From Octopus sinensis (Eukaryota), in the NCBI RefSeq assembly GCF_006345805.1, contig NC_043014.1:35712001-35776000 (forward strand): 64,000 nt of DNA, written 5' to 3'. A model generated the notes under the pieces. That model was not told the DNA's origin. It was given only the letters and a program-made list of their open reading frames with translations, and did not search any database. The position numbers and the translations under genes are program-made. Positions 26,481 through 41,502 of this stretch are shown here, in pieces; position 1 is the stretch's first letter, and every line of letters starts with the position of its first letter.

Positions 26481-28093
26481 GAAAGCTATCTACATTTTAT
26501 AGCCGAATTTCTTACTGCATGTAGGATTCTATCCCGTTTGTCTTGGGTGACAGGGTGACAGGGTGACAGGGTGTCAGGGTGTCAGATGGCAGTCACTGTC
26601 TCAGCTTGATGAAAATTACGATTATAATTTTGACCGAGATGGATATGGTAGTATCGGGTTTGTAACACCTCGATTATTATTCTGGGTATCGTTGTAAGTA
26701 AATTTAGAGCAGGCCTCCTCTTATTTTTTGCACTTTGACATCAAATCTTGTCACTTGTTCAATATCTCAAGAAATTTCATAATCATCTTTTAAAAGAATT
26801 TCACGACCAAACAGAACAAATATCTTTACATATGTTTGCCTAGTGAGGTGCAGTTTCCTCTTCTACATATCAGGTTATTGCTCTTTAAATTCCTTTCACT
26901 TTTCACCTCTACATGTATCTGGATATTGACATAAAAATTCTTTTTTGTTGACTCTGAAGACAGTTGGGGAGGAGATGCCAGATCTTCAACGTAGTATCTG
27001 TAAATAGATAAGAGCTCTTCACATCTATGAATAATACCGTGGCACAATGCACAATGACCTTCATTAGGTAATTAGCGTTTCTAAAGTTGCATTAATGCAA
27101 TTTCTTTGACTAGTTCTTATGGTTATTATCAGTGATGCGATATTTTCACTGAGCGTGATTCATTTTTACTGCGTGTTTGTAAAACTGCTGGTGGAATTTG
27201 TGGTTGGTGGAGAAAGTGCCTGTTTATCAACACTATGTTTCTAGCTGTGTTAGCTGCTTCGTTCACATTAACGAATACGCAGAACTGGATGAATTTTATC
27301 TGGTTTTGCTTTTCTGTGTTCTGTTTCTGATTACATTGTGGTTTCTCATTAAACATTTTTACAACCTCACTACAATAATGTTTAACGCAATTTAATGTTA
27401 TTTACTCTATTGTGGGTTTCCGTTTCGTTTTCTCTAATAATATTGTTAATGTTTTATCTCATGTTAACACTGACCGAACAGACTCTGATCAAATGCACTC
27501 AAGCCATAACCATGTCGTCTTTCCTTTTCATGAAGAATGTAGACTGAAATACATTAATAAGTACTTTCGAAAAGTAGAGTATGATTTGAATGAGGTTCGG
27601 CTGATATTTCAGATAGAGCGAATAACCACACAGAGATTACGTTGTTTGTATATCTAAGAATGTTATTCACCAGCTGACAAGTTGACCAGTTGTTAGGTCT
27701 AGCACTGTATATATGTGTACGCGTGCGTCTGTGAGAGAGAGAGAGAGAAACAACAGACAGACAGGCAGAGACAGACAGGCAGAGACAAACAGACTGGCAT
27801 ACAGACGGATGAACAGACAGATTGACAAACACATAGAAAGAGACACAGAAGGGGAAAAAGACAGAGGGAGAAAGAATGCGTACCTGTACAAGCGTTTGAA
27901 AAAGAGGAACGAGTTGGACGGTTTCAATTCCAGAAGGTTTTCTGAACTACCCACGGCCTATATTTTCTCACTGACACTAAGTATATGTTTATTGAACAGA
28001 CTTCATATGATGTTTTAATTTATATATACAAGTGTAACCATTCAATATATATATATATATTATATATATATAGATATATTATATATATATATA

Positions 28094-28182
<89 letters not shown>

Positions 28183-28183
28183 G

Positions 28184-28266
<83 letters not shown>

Positions 28267-28299
28267 ATATATATATACGATATATATACACATTGTTAT

Positions 28300-28606
28300 T
28301 GTTGTTTGTTCCTTCTCAAGCCATGCCTGGCTCATAAGGACCGGTTTCCCGGTTTCATTGGCGTATAGCTTCCCCACCTGGACGGGATGTCGGTCTGTCG
28401 CAGACGAGCTACAAGATGCAGGAAGAAAGAGTGAGAGAAAATTGTGGCGAAAGAGTCAGCAGAAGTTCGCCATTACCTTTTGCCGGAGCCGCGCGCAGCT
28501 TAGGTGTCTCGCTCATAAACACATATATCACCCGGTATGAGATTCGAACCCGCGATCCCTCGACCACGAGTCCGCCACTCTAACTACTAGGCCATGTGCC
28601 TCCACA
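28300..28606 (-). mobile_element. SINE-C-related copy
   Basis: gattcgaacccgcgatccctcgaccacgagtccgccactctaactactaggccatgtgcctccac is the reverse complement of a tRNA-like head; body resembles 15620-15830. Confidence 0.75.
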
Positions 28607-28679
28607 AACATACACGCACGCACACACACCACACACACACACATATGTATATATGTATATATATATAATATATATGTGT

Positions 28680-28754
<75 letters not shown>

Positions 28755-28760
<6 letters not shown>

Positions 28761-29030
28761 AAAAACGCAATAGAGGACATTAAAACATTCGGATAGATAG
28801 ACGATACAAAAACAGACAAGAGGAACAACAATTAGAAGGACAGGCAAAAAAGACGGGTCATTCTTGGCTTTCTTTCTTCAGTCAAGTTCCAGAAGTCACG
28901 ACCATTTCGGGCAGTTACACTGGGGATGGTTCGATCTGGTTGCCCCTCAAAAAGTCTAAGCTAAGAGCATTAGACCCCTTTGTAAGAAAGCTAGCGAACG
29001 TGTACGGCAACAAAGACAAAAACAAAAAAC
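28755..29030 (+). repeat. Dispersed repeat family; related copies at ~36800-37030 and ~61725-61900
   Basis: Shared blocks acaaaatggg(a/g)caagaacgcaaaac, gacgatacaaaaa, gacgggtcattc and ctaagagcattaga. Confidence 0.65.
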
Positions 29031-29213
29031 AACAAAAAACGGAGAACATGGTACACAATTACGAATACAAACAAGAAATAACAACAGGTGTCTTTCGACT
29101 GAGAACAAATCCAATTGAGCTGGCGTGTATGAAGTGAAAGCCTAAAGGCAGGAACATAGTAGGTGGACAGAAGATGTGTTGGCGGTCGGCAGGCCAAGAA
29201 AGAAAGATCATAT

Positions 29214-29289
<76 letters not shown>

Positions 29290-29429
29290 TGTGTATTTAT
29301 GTATGTATATATTTTTAATGTTTCGCCGACACCCGTGCTTTTCTTTCTTTTTTCATATACTGTTTCACATCCAGGTCTTCTTTGAGGCTAGTCCTGCTGT
29401 TCTGGGGTTGTGTGATTGGTCACCAAGCT

Positions 29430-30010
29430 AAGAGTACATCTGAGGAAATCACTGCCATTACCTAGGATGTTCTCTTTTCAGCAGGTTTATATACTGTTGT
29501 TGTGTAGCAAGTGTTGTATGAGAGAGACTACACGACATTTAAAGGCTGTCTACTCTGATCTCCAAACTCGACCTCTTTCATCTCTCTTTCCTCTGTTTCT
29601 ATGACAGTTACCAGTAGATGTTAGGATGTTGCGTATTTTAATGTCAAATATCTCGAATGTTAGTATCAACACTGGTACTACAAATGCATTATGGGACATT
29701 CTCTTGTTAAGAAGAGAGTTCCCACTGCTTTATTTTTGGATCATTCTTCCTTTATTCGTATCAACTTTGTATATGTTTTCACCAATGAATAGGTATTTGT
29801 GTTGAACAGAAGAAAAAAGAAACACTGTTGATGCATGCTTTTGAGGGTTGGAGGACCGATATTCCATGTTCAACAATCAAATGCGAACACTTTGGGCCAA
29901 ATTCTATTCCTACGTCAACTGAAAATGCTATCAAGTCCAGCAGGGTTTTTTTTTTTTTCGGGGAGTTGCAGTACTGTAAAGATGTTGGCATAGATCTTCA
30001 GGTCATACAC
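29430..30010 (-). mobile_element. R4/Dong-clade RT remnant, heavily decayed
   Basis: Minus strand reads YDLKIYAN...LLDLIAFSVDVGIEFGPKC...HG and NAFVVPVL...DIKIRNILTSTG, matching R4 DDLKLYA..FSxDIGMxFGxxKC. Confidence 0.65.
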
Positions 30011-30364
30011 AAACAAATTATGAGTTGCATTGCTTCGGTAATTCTTGTAGCGGCAAACCCTAGCATGTAGCCACTGGAGTTTTGTAGCAGAAATGGAAAT
30101 GGATTTAATGCCAAAATAAATAATTACAGAAAGACTACCTGGAACTATCTACCTATCTATCTACTTACCTACCTACCTAGCTTCCTAATAACCAATATAC
30201 ATACATACATACATACATACATACATACATACATACATACATACATACATACATACATACATACGTACATACATACATACATACATACATACATGCATAC
30301 ATACATACATACACACATGCATACATTCATACATACATACATATACTCATACGTACATACACAC

Positions 30365-30420
<56 letters not shown>

Positions 30421-30661
30421 ATATATATATAATATATATATATATGTTAAGGAGTACAACTCCAAACTTATAGGGAAAAATTCAAAATTTCACAATATAA
30501 ATGTATAAAATATAAATTAGAGATAAAACCACTATTATGCAACTCAGACAGTAATAGACATAAACCAAAACATAAATAACAAATAATATATATTTTTATA
30601 AAACATATAACTAGATCTCAAAAAGTATAAAAATGAATGATCAATATATAAGTATATATAT

Positions 30662-30728
<67 letters not shown>

Positions 30729-31074
30729 TTATATTATATATATATATATATGAATGTGTGTGTGTGTGTGTATGTGTGTGTGTGTGCATGCGTATATGTA
30801 TGTAGGTATAGTGATATGTATGCTTTCTGATAAATGTACAAAAAATACTATAAGTTTTCAATGAAGAAACATTCAATACGGACAAGTGTATATGCTTTTG
30901 TGTGTACTACTAAAGCTGTCTGGCCTTTTATTTTCATAATTGTTGCCATTGCGACTTGTCAGGTGCGTAATTGGATGTCAGTATATATGTGTCTGCACTT
31001 TTATAATTGCATACTTGTGTATGTGTGTGTGTGTGATTTGCTTGCCTGTCTGTATGCATATATACATATATACA

Positions 31075-31141
<67 letters not shown>

Positions 31142-31847
31142 GTTATTCTATATTCTCTGCCGTTGCACATCCTTCAAGGTGCGCAGAGTATTTGTTTTAG
31201 TTTCGTTATATCAATATTTTTATACTCCCTCTTACTTATCCGTGTCTTATTTTCTTTCATTCCGTCTTTCCTTCTTTCTTTCTTTCTTTTTTCTTTCTTT
31301 TTCTTTCTTTCTGTCTATTCTCTGTCTCTCTGTCTCTGTCTCTCTGTCTCTGTCTCTCTCTTTCTCCCTCTCTCTCTCTGTTTCTCTGTCTGTCTCTCTG
31401 AATATACAAACACACACACACATAATCGGGAAATTATTTGTGAGTATACACATGCATATATACATAAATACACATACATACATACATACATACATACATA
31501 CATACATACATACATACATACATACATACATACATACATAGAGAAATGAGTTAAGGGAAATAACTTGACTTGGAAATACCGTGAAACGTTTGGGCGTGTG
31601 CGTGCGGGTATTTTTTTGTTTATTTATCTATTGCTTTTATTTGAAAAGTTTAGTTGATCTACTTCAGAACTTACTTTACATCTGACACTTATTTCAACGC
31701 AATAACTTATAGGAACGTAAGCAGCCGAACACCGGCAGTCAAGTCGCGGGACATAAGCACCAACACAAAGACAAAAACACAGAAATTCACATATACGCTC
31801 AAACATACCAACAAAGAAAAACACACATACTGACACGCGCACACACA

Positions 31848-31892
<45 letters not shown>

Positions 31893-32407
31893 ACACACAC
31901 ACACACACACAGAAACAAGCACACATGCCAACACATATTCATATGCAGCTAATATGAAGAAATTTTTCAAACTAAATTCACGTTTTAGACTGAAACACAG
32001 CGTATAATCTATGGTGTATCTGTCCTTCAGACGTTCATGAAAGAAAGGGTATGGACATGTGAAGTCTTCGCCAACGAAAATACAGAGTTATCACATGAGA
32101 AAAATTGCTGTTGATGTCTACAGCGTGAGTCAGTAACTCGTGATATCAAGAACGCAATTTCACTTGGTTTACATGAGAAAAAGTAGGATGGGAAGGAATT
32201 TGCAAGACCGCTCGAATCAAAACAAGTGCACAAAAGAATTACTGTCAGAGTAACTGCGGAATATTAATTTCCATGATTACTACAGCAGCGCATCTTCATT
32301 CACGGAATTTTACATTCGATGCTCGATACTGATTTCGGTAACTCGCGCACTCTTGCAGAGTCTTTTGCAGAGTCTTTTGCAATGCAAATCATGCGTATCC
32401 ATATTTT

Positions 32408-32444
<37 letters not shown>

Positions 32445-32446
<2 letters not shown>

Positions 32447-33445
32447 CGCCGTTTGCTTTGCTGCACTTTTGCTAAACAGCCTTCGATGTGTGGAATTTGG
32501 TGAATGAGGGAGTTTGATGTTGCTGCCCTCGTCTGTGTTTCTTGCCTTGAGGTAGATTCATCCAGAACTCTCGACAAGAGGAAATCCAGTTTTGCTTTGA
32601 AGAAGCCTACATCCACCCCCATGTAGGTCTCTCACGCTTTGTAGGAGGATATTAAAGAATCGTGGCCCAAGCTGTTGAAGTGCCTGGTTGTGTATCCTGA
32701 TGGCAATGTTGAGATTTTTTTATATTATGCTTTGGAACCCCGTTCTGCTGTTTGTGTAACTGACAATGCCAAAGTTTTGTACAAATTCTAGGCTTTTCCA
32801 GATGCATATTACTACATTGTATATTACTGCCTTAGTTCTAGGCAGAAGTGTCTTAATTCGTTCAGCCTCTCCCAGTAGCTGGCATATCACATCGAGACGA
32901 TCTTCTTTGTGTAGCTTCGCTGGTTCGACTCGAGTTCCGTCGTTAATTTTGCTCTACTTGATGACCACAGTCGGAAGCAGTAATCCAGACGGCTGAGGAT
33001 GAATGTCTTCCAGAGAACCATTATGGTTTTTCTCGCTCTGAAAGTTCGAAGAATCCAACAACCAACCGTCAACCATTTATTGCCAACTTAGTAATATGCA
33101 CTTGGAAAGATGCATCATTACTCATGTCGATGCCCAGGTCGCACATTGATTTAGATTCAGGGATTGCAATCCCTTCTGGGACAATGTATCCTGTCTGCTT
33201 TGCATTGAGCTTGGTGTGTTGGTAGCACAAGGCTTGGAGTTTTCCAACATTAAACTACATGTTATTTTCCTCAGTCCACCTGTATATTGCGTCCAACTCT
33301 CGGTGCAGATGCGCAACGTCTCCGAGTCTCTGTATCCTCTGAGAGACTTTTGTATTATCCGCAAAGCTAGCAAGAGTAGCTACCTGAGCAGCTGAGAGCA
33401 TGTCAAAGAGAGCCACTATGAATAACAGCGGCGCCAACAAATGTT
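32445..33445 (-). mobile_element. CR1-group LINE, 5'-truncated RT and 3' region
   Basis: Peptides LAPLLFIVAL..LASFADNTKVSQ...IYRWTEENNM, GCWILRTF...LSRLDYCFRLWS..LESNQR; 3' part collinear with 39500-39815. Confidence 0.85.
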
Positions 33446-33449
33446 GAAG

Positions 33450-34288
33450 ACACGCCAGATTAAGAAGTTTATGAAACTCAAAGGTCAGAGAATGAAGACT
33501 GAAGTTCGTCACCCACCTGTGAAAGCAGTAATTAATGTAAGTAGCTAGAAAGCTCTGAAGAAGCAGTACTAAACAAAGGTCTCAACATTGCGACAACAAT
33601 CACGCGCATTCCATACTTGGACATAATAGCCCCTATTGAAGAGATAGCCATAAAGATACCAAAAGCTTAGGGAGATGAACTAAGGTGGAAAGTGAGACAG
33701 GAACTAGAAAAAGCGTTCCCAAATCAAACATCACTAATGAAGAAACGTTCGCTCTCAAAAGTCTACAACGTGTCAATTCCATCATAATACTTCCAGCAGA
33801 CAAGGGAAATGCTACAGTGATGATGAATAATTCTGACTACTCGGAAAAACTGGCAAGTTTATAAGTGATGGTAGCTACAGCAAAGTAAAGAAAGACCCTA
33901 CTTTGAAAACAGAGAGGAAGTTATCACAGATCTTGATCAAGAACAAGAATCACTTTACACCAATGAAGTACAGTAAACTGACTCAACACTACAGTAAACT
34001 ACCACACATGTACGGTCTTCCTAAGATCCACAAGGATGGTATTCCATTAAGTCCTATAGTGAGCTGTAGTGGTTCAGCATGTCATCCACTGAGCCACTTC
34101 CTTGTGGATATAATCAGTCCATTAGCAGGAAAGTCAACATCGTACGTGAAGAATTCCACCCACTACACAGAATTGATCAAGGATACTCCCATTGAATTCA
34201 ACCAGATGGTGAGTCTAGATGTGATAAATCTGTTCACCAAAGTCCCATCTGGTGAAGCACTATCAGTTATTCAAGAAAAGCTAGTGAC
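33450..34288 (+). mobile_element. Penelope-like element RT fragment
   Basis: LNKGLN, IIILPADKGNATV, LPHMYGLPKIHKDGIPLSPIVS, SYVKNS and MVSLDVINLFTKVP are hallmark PLE RT motifs; frameshifted and truncated after domain 3. Confidence 0.9.
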
Positions 34289-34412
34289 AGACATATATAT
34301 ATATATAAAACATAACTTTTCACCGTTTACTTGTTTCAGTTATTAAATTGCAGTAATGGTAGGGCGTAGTATGACTCTGTGAGTGAGTGTGTAAGTGTAT
34401 ATGTGTGCACAT

Positions 34413-34547
<135 letters not shown>

Positions 34548-34548
34548 T

Positions 34549-34616
<68 letters not shown>

Positions 34617-35545
34617 CCCTAATCACATAATTATTTAACCCGCAATTCAAAAAGGGATTCGATAAATTTGGAATGCAGAATATATTTATTTTACTAAGAG
34701 TGATATCGCACGGACTATAGACATATTTCGCTATTCCCATAATTATTTTAACGATCAACGAAAATAGCGAAATAAGTTTGCACATCGTAAGCTACGTGTG
34801 TTAATTTTAGCTTTGTGCTCTGATAAGAATATTGCTTCCATAATTAATCGAATATTTTCGTAAGGTATTCTATATAGTAAGGAGGTATCTTCCATTAATG
34901 ATTTTCACACATGCTATATTTTAGGCTATGGCATATAGTATACGGTGATTGTTCTTGTTGGAAATGCATGGTTAGCCTAATAGTAAGTGGTATGCTTGTA
35001 TGAACACTGCAACAGTTAGAGTCGTCAAGTTTGCAGCTCTCACTTTCTCAGTCAAATTATGGATAACCTTGATCGTTTGTAGATTGTTCGCGGATTTATA
35101 CACTCTTGTGGTATATTGTTGTTAAGGGAGCGTTTAACACTTGTCAGAAGACATAGAACGCTAATGGTCAAAATCTGGCGGTAAAGTTTACATAAATAAA
35201 GGTTTCTCAATATTAAAATGTCTATACCTAGGCCAATCGCATTCTATATTCCAGTTGAGAACAAGGAAAATATAAGAACCTTATTGTTACAAATACCCAG
35301 GAAGCTTCTTATAGAAAGATATGGACAAAATCCAGATAAAATACAGTCATAGGAAATATAGTTGTGCTTTTAGTATACTATACAAGTATATACATACATA
35401 CAAACATACATACATACATACAAACATACATACATACATACATACATACATACAAACATGCATACATACATACATACAAACATACACACATACATACATA
35501 CATACATACATACATACATACATACATACATACATACATACATAC

Positions 35546-35651
35546 AGGGCCAGCTTATGTTACGGGCATTCGGACAATCACCCGGGATGCCATATACTAG
35601 GGGGCGCGAAGGAGGGCGTGACAAAGACAAGGACATTTCCACGACCGTGAG
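35546..35651 (-). mobile_element. Putative 5'-truncated retroposon 3' end inserted in (TACA)n
   Basis: A GC-rich 106-bp unique block sits inside a pure (TACA)n array; the minus strand ends ...taagctggccc-(tgta)n, like the RTE tail at 46497. Confidence 0.5.
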
Positions 35652-35739
35652 CATACATACATACATACATACATACATTAAATGCATACATTACATGCAT
35701 ACATTACATGGGTATATGGATGTATGTAAATATATATGA

Positions 35740-35821
<82 letters not shown>

Positions 35822-36034
35822 ATATATACTTGTATGCATGTATGTATATCACATCGCGTTTGTACGACTCCATATGAATATTCATATATAGACATGAAAG
35901 TGAAAACAAATAGACTTGTGTACACGCATTATATTCATACATATGTACACGCAGCTATTGACAGAAATGCAAACAAAACCCGGCGTACGAACACACAAAA
36001 ATATCAACATGCTACTCACACACACACGCACGCG

Positions 36035-36067
<33 letters not shown>

Positions 36068-36399
36068 GTAACCTATTCAAGCAAACATTGTTTAATGTCG
36101 TGGTCACCATAAACTTTAAACTTCCAGTTCGTTTGACATCTATCAACACATGTTCCACCGACAGATGGCTCTGATAGTCGCATTAAATGGCGTTCAGTGA
36201 AAAATTATGAAGCGAAACATTGTCAATGATGCTTCACTGAAGATTTATTTTTTATTTCATTTCATTGGAAGGTTGTTGAACTTACTGTCGTTGGCTTTGT
36301 TGTTCTTGTTGTTGTCGCTGTGGTAATGAAGGGCAGATGTCAAGTTCTTCTTATGATGTACGTCTATATTACTGTTACATACGTAAACACGAATGCCTC

Positions 36400-36461
<62 letters not shown>

Positions 36462-36563
36462 ATATAAATACACATGTACACGTGTATTCATAAATGTATA
36501 TCTCTCGCTTCCTCTCTCTCTCTTCTCTTTCTATCTATCTCTCTCTTTCTCTGATACATACAT

Positions 36564-36594
<31 letters not shown>

Positions 36595-36713
36595 TATATA
36601 TATAATATATATATATATAATATATATATATATATATTATATATATATATATATATACATACATATATATACTATGTCTGTGTGTGTCTGTGTGTGCGTG
36701 TATATATATAAGT

Positions 36714-36794
<81 letters not shown>

Positions 36795-37039
36795 TATATA
36801 ATACAAAATGGGACAAGAACGCAAAACGTTAGACGATACAAAAAAATAAGGACGGGTCATTCGAAGCTTTCTATACTCACTCAAGAACCGGATCATCCTC
36901 GCAATTTCGGCTGAGTAATCTTGAGATTGCTCCAATCTGGCCAGCCCCAAGGAAAAACTAACCTAAGAGCATTAGATTCCTTGGAAGAAAGCATCGAATA
37001 TATACGAAAACAAGGACGTAAAACAGACGATGTTATATA

Positions 37040-37073
<34 letters not shown>

Positions 37074-38118
37074 AATGTATGTATGTATGTATGTATGTAT
37101 GTATGTATGTATGTATGTATGTATGTATGTATGTATGCATGTATGTATGTATATGTATGTATGAATGTATATATATGTATGTATGTATATGTATGTATGA
37201 ATGTATATGTACGTATGTATGTATGTATGTATGTATGTATGTATGTATGTATTATGTATGTATGTATGTATGTATATGTGTGTATGTATATATGTATGTA
37301 TGTAACCAAAAATAAGCTAAGATATAGAACTGGGAATGGCCAGTTGCATATAAAGGAAAAACAGAACAACATAAACAAATGTAGGTATACTAAATACGAT
37401 ACAACAAATTCTTGAGTTTTTCAACTTTCTCCGTCTACCTTCTTATCTCTAAACAATTACCCTGTCCTTTTTCTTGGTCGTATTTCAACTCTGACGACTT
37501 CGTGGTTCTCGCGATTATGTAATTGTGTCACTGTTTCAAATGGAGTTTGGATTCATCTGCCACTTGGCAAATGTGACACTTCTCATAAAGGCGGAGATAG
37601 TTTTATAGTATATGATATACCTGCTTTGTCTACATTCATTGCCTAATTGAAAGAGATGCCTAATTGCCTAATTGACAGATTGTTCAGGCACCTTGAGCTC
37701 GGAATTCAAATGTTATCGAGTTCACCTTTGTGTTTCATTCTATCGGGATCGATAAATGAGGGAGTAGTTAATAACTGCAAAAGATTTTTGTCCTTTTATT
37801 CCCCTCTGTCTTGGAATCGGCTTCCAGATAGGGGAAGTTATCTGACATCAAACTCTTGGTACAGTTGAACTAGGCTGTTGGAAGAATCCTTAGAAGAGCA
37901 AACCAACAGGCCGTGTAATGATTTTAGGCGAGCTTTTATAGATGCGTGAAGCCTCATATATTGTGCGCGCGCACTCACACGTATACACATACGTATATAA
38001 ATACATACACATGTGTGTGTGTGCATATGTATGCATATGTATACATACATACATATATATGTGTGTATATGTATATTATATGTATACTTACATATATATG
38101 TATGTGTATACTTATATA

Positions 38119-38152
<34 letters not shown>

Positions 38153-38190
38153 CGTATATATATATAAATGTATATATATATATGTATATG

Positions 38191-38246
<56 letters not shown>

Positions 38247-38299
38247 CGCCGGTTTGAGAACATATTAATTAAGAATTAAGAATTTTGATTGATTTTAAT

Positions 38300-38357
<58 letters not shown>

Positions 38358-38384
38358 ATATAGGTATAGATATTCTTTTAACTT

Positions 38385-38482
38385 TTTACTTCTTTCAGTC
38401 AGTTGACTGCGACCATGCTGGAGCATCGCTTTTAGTCCAACAAATTGACCTCAGGACTTATTCTTTGTAAGCCTAGTACTTG
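38385..38482 (-). mobile_element. SINE-A 3' fragment
   Basis: gactgcgaccatgctggagcatcgc...ggacttattctttgtaagcctagtactt. Confidence 0.75.
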
Positions 38483-38540
38483 TTCTAGATATATATATAT
38501 ATATATATACAGAGAGAGAGAGAGAGAGAGAGATAGGTAA

Positions 38541-38591
<51 letters not shown>

Positions 38592-39424
38592 TACACACAC
38601 ACGCACGTACACGCACACACACACATATTTATACACACGTGTGTGTGCATATACATATTCATAAATTCATAATGTATATGTATGTGTGTATGCGTGTGTG
38701 TGTATACATACGTATATAGATGAATGTATGCATACGTACGGGCATACATACGTACATAAATACATATTATGAGTATTGAGACAGTGGAAGAGGGGTGAAA
38801 AGAGAGAGAGAAAGAGATAGTGAGAGAGAGAGAAAGAGAGAGTGGGAGAGAGAGAAAGAGAGAAAAAGAGAAAGAGAGAAATGAAGAGAGAGAGAGAGTG
38901 CGAGAGAAATACACAAATTATGTCTAACGTAATAACACATACGTATTAGAAATCTATACACATAAACATTATTATGTGTCAATATTTCCGCAAAACAAAT
39001 ATTTATATAACATGCAGAAATGCATATGTACACAGCAGCACTACACCACCTCACCCTCACACGCACATGTGCACACACACACATGCACACGCATACACAC
39101 ATACATATGCATGCGTACACATGTACACACACAATCATTCGCACACATACAGAGACGTATAGATACTCACGCAAATACTTACGTGCATACACACATATAC
39201 GCATACACACATGCATACATACATATACGGGTATACTAATACATATGTACGACAGGAAAGATGCATAACGAGTAAAGAGGAGAGAACACCTATCTTCTTT
39301 ATGTAATTAGCATTGTCATTCAAGCATGATACATGATGCTGCTGTTGGATTTTATTGGGGGAGATGCGCCGGTAGGTAGGTAGATGAGCACAACTGTAGT
39401 TATACACACACACACACACACACA

Positions 39425-39815
39425 TTTATTTTATTTCATTTTATCTAGTTTCAGCTCACGAGCTGTGGCCATGCTGGGGCACAGCCATTCGGTGTTGCTA
39501 CATGATTTTACTTCACGAATGCATTTTAGCAATTGCCATTTGGTGCATGAGAGAGTTCGATGCAGCTGCCCTCATCTGCACCTCCTGCCATGAAGTTGGT
39601 TCATCTGGGACACCTGACAGGAAGAGATCCAGGTTTATTTTAAAGACATCTGCATCCACCCCATGCAGGTCTCTCAGGTTCTTCGGGGGGATATTGAAGA
39701 GCTGTGGGCCTCTGATGCCCAGGCTATCACAGTATCTTGTCCTACATCTTGATGGCAAATTTGGAGTCCTTGACACTATGCAGTGGCTCCCAGTTCTAGT
39801 ATTTGTGTAACTCTC
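39425..39815 (-). mobile_element. CR1-group LINE 3' end with intact 3' UTR
   Basis: Peptide RTGSHC...RYCDSLGIRGPQLFNIPP..LRDLHGVDADVFKINLDLFLSGVPDEP; the UTR ends ccccagcatggccacagctcgtgagctgaaactagataaaat. Confidence 0.85.
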
Positions 39816-39995
39816 GATGCCATATACACAGAGACACACTTTCTAAGAAAGCTACTTACGTACATGAGTATGCATCCGTGTATATGTATATATAAACGTG
39901 ATTTAAAAAATTCCGGTATACGCAATCGAGGCCGTATTAAATGAAAACTAACCAACGTAATTAATGTAAATGCACCACTGATAGGTCATATATAC

Positions 39996-40051
<56 letters not shown>

Positions 40052-40104
40052 AATAATATATAAATATATGCATATATACATACATATATGTACATACCTA
40101 CATA

Positions 40105-40216
<112 letters not shown>

Positions 40217-40497
40217 CATGCATATATGGGTACAGGACATCAAAAAAATGTTGAACACGATGAGAAAGGAAAACAGGAAAATAAAAACATAGAAACGAAC
40301 TTTGGGGGGGGGGGGAACAACGAAAAAAACAGAGAAACGAGACATGCAACAAAAAGAATATTCCCCTTCTTCAGTTGTCCCTGTTTCATCTACTCCGCTT
40401 TCTGAAGGCAAGGACACACGCACACGCACACACACACATACGCACACACACACACGCGCACACACCTACACATACCCCCCACACACACACATATATA

Positions 40498-40790
40498 TCT
40501 ATTATATAACATCTGTTCTGTCTGTCTGTGTGTGTGTCTTCTAGGATCTCGGGCATCCTCCATCCGATTGTGCTCAAATTTGATATGTAGATACCGACGG
40601 TATCAGGGCATGTATAAGACTAGAAAAAATTACAAAAATCGATTCTTGGAGAGAATGCGATCAATAAAACCGGTTTTTGTCCTGCTTTTCTTCCGTCAAC
40701 CTGTACATAATTGCATCTTCCTTTTTTTGTTGTTTTTGTACTGCTTAAAGGCACGTTTCTTTCCTGCCAAGCTTACTGTTTAAACCATGG
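40498..40790 (+). mobile_element. Non-autonomous Helitron-like element, 5' part (copy 1)
   Basis: A|TCTATTATATAA start followed by (TCTG)n; body nearly identical to 47305 and 48271. Confidence 0.6.
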
Positions 40791-41275
40791 CGGGGTTTTG
40801 TTCGTATATACATATATATATAATCCAAAAAAATGACAGAAATTCTTTGACACATCTTTGATGATTCGTTACAATTGCTTCTGTACCAACTCTGCTGGCC
40901 AACTCTGCTGTACCAACTCTGCTGGCGCTGCAAGCAGAGTTGATACAGAAACAACAGCAAACGAAACATTAAAGATGTGTTAAAGAATTTCTTGGTCTTA
41001 TTATATGGATTATAATTTACTCTTTGTCACATCCACACAACTGTGTTACCGTCATGAAACCAGGATATTCTACACTTGAAGAATTTCGGTATTGGTCTGG
41101 AGTCCGACAGTGTTGATGACCCAGAACTCAGGTTGAGTGATTCTCTAAAAATACCCTACCTTATACCTTCGCACTCATCCGCACACACACACACACACAA
41201 ACACACAAACACACACACACATATCCCTACACAAGGATGACACGCAAATTCGTGAAGCATTCCATATTTTCTAAT

Positions 41276-41459
41276 AGGCGCAGGAGTGGCTGTGTGGTAA
41301 GTAGCTTGCTTACGAACCTCATGGTTCCGGGTTCATTCCCACTTCGTGGCACCTTAAGCAAGTGTCTTCTACTATTGCCTCGGGCCGGCCAAAGCCTTAT
41401 GAGTGGATTTGGTAGACGGAAACTGAAAGAATCCCGTCGTATATGTGTATATATGTATG

Positions 41460-41502
<43 letters not shown>

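Noticed and set aside
26586-26693. 108-bp open frame (WQSLSQLDENYDYNFDRDGYGSIGFVTPRLLFWVS) between AG and GTAAGT
   Set aside because: There is no polypyrimidine tract, the peptide is unrecognised and no partner exons are visible; it would need RNA-seq support.
34927-34984. Short AG...GTAAGT-bounded open frame (LWHIVYGDCSCWKCMVSLI)
   Set aside because: It is too short, unrecognised, and expected by chance in 64 kb.
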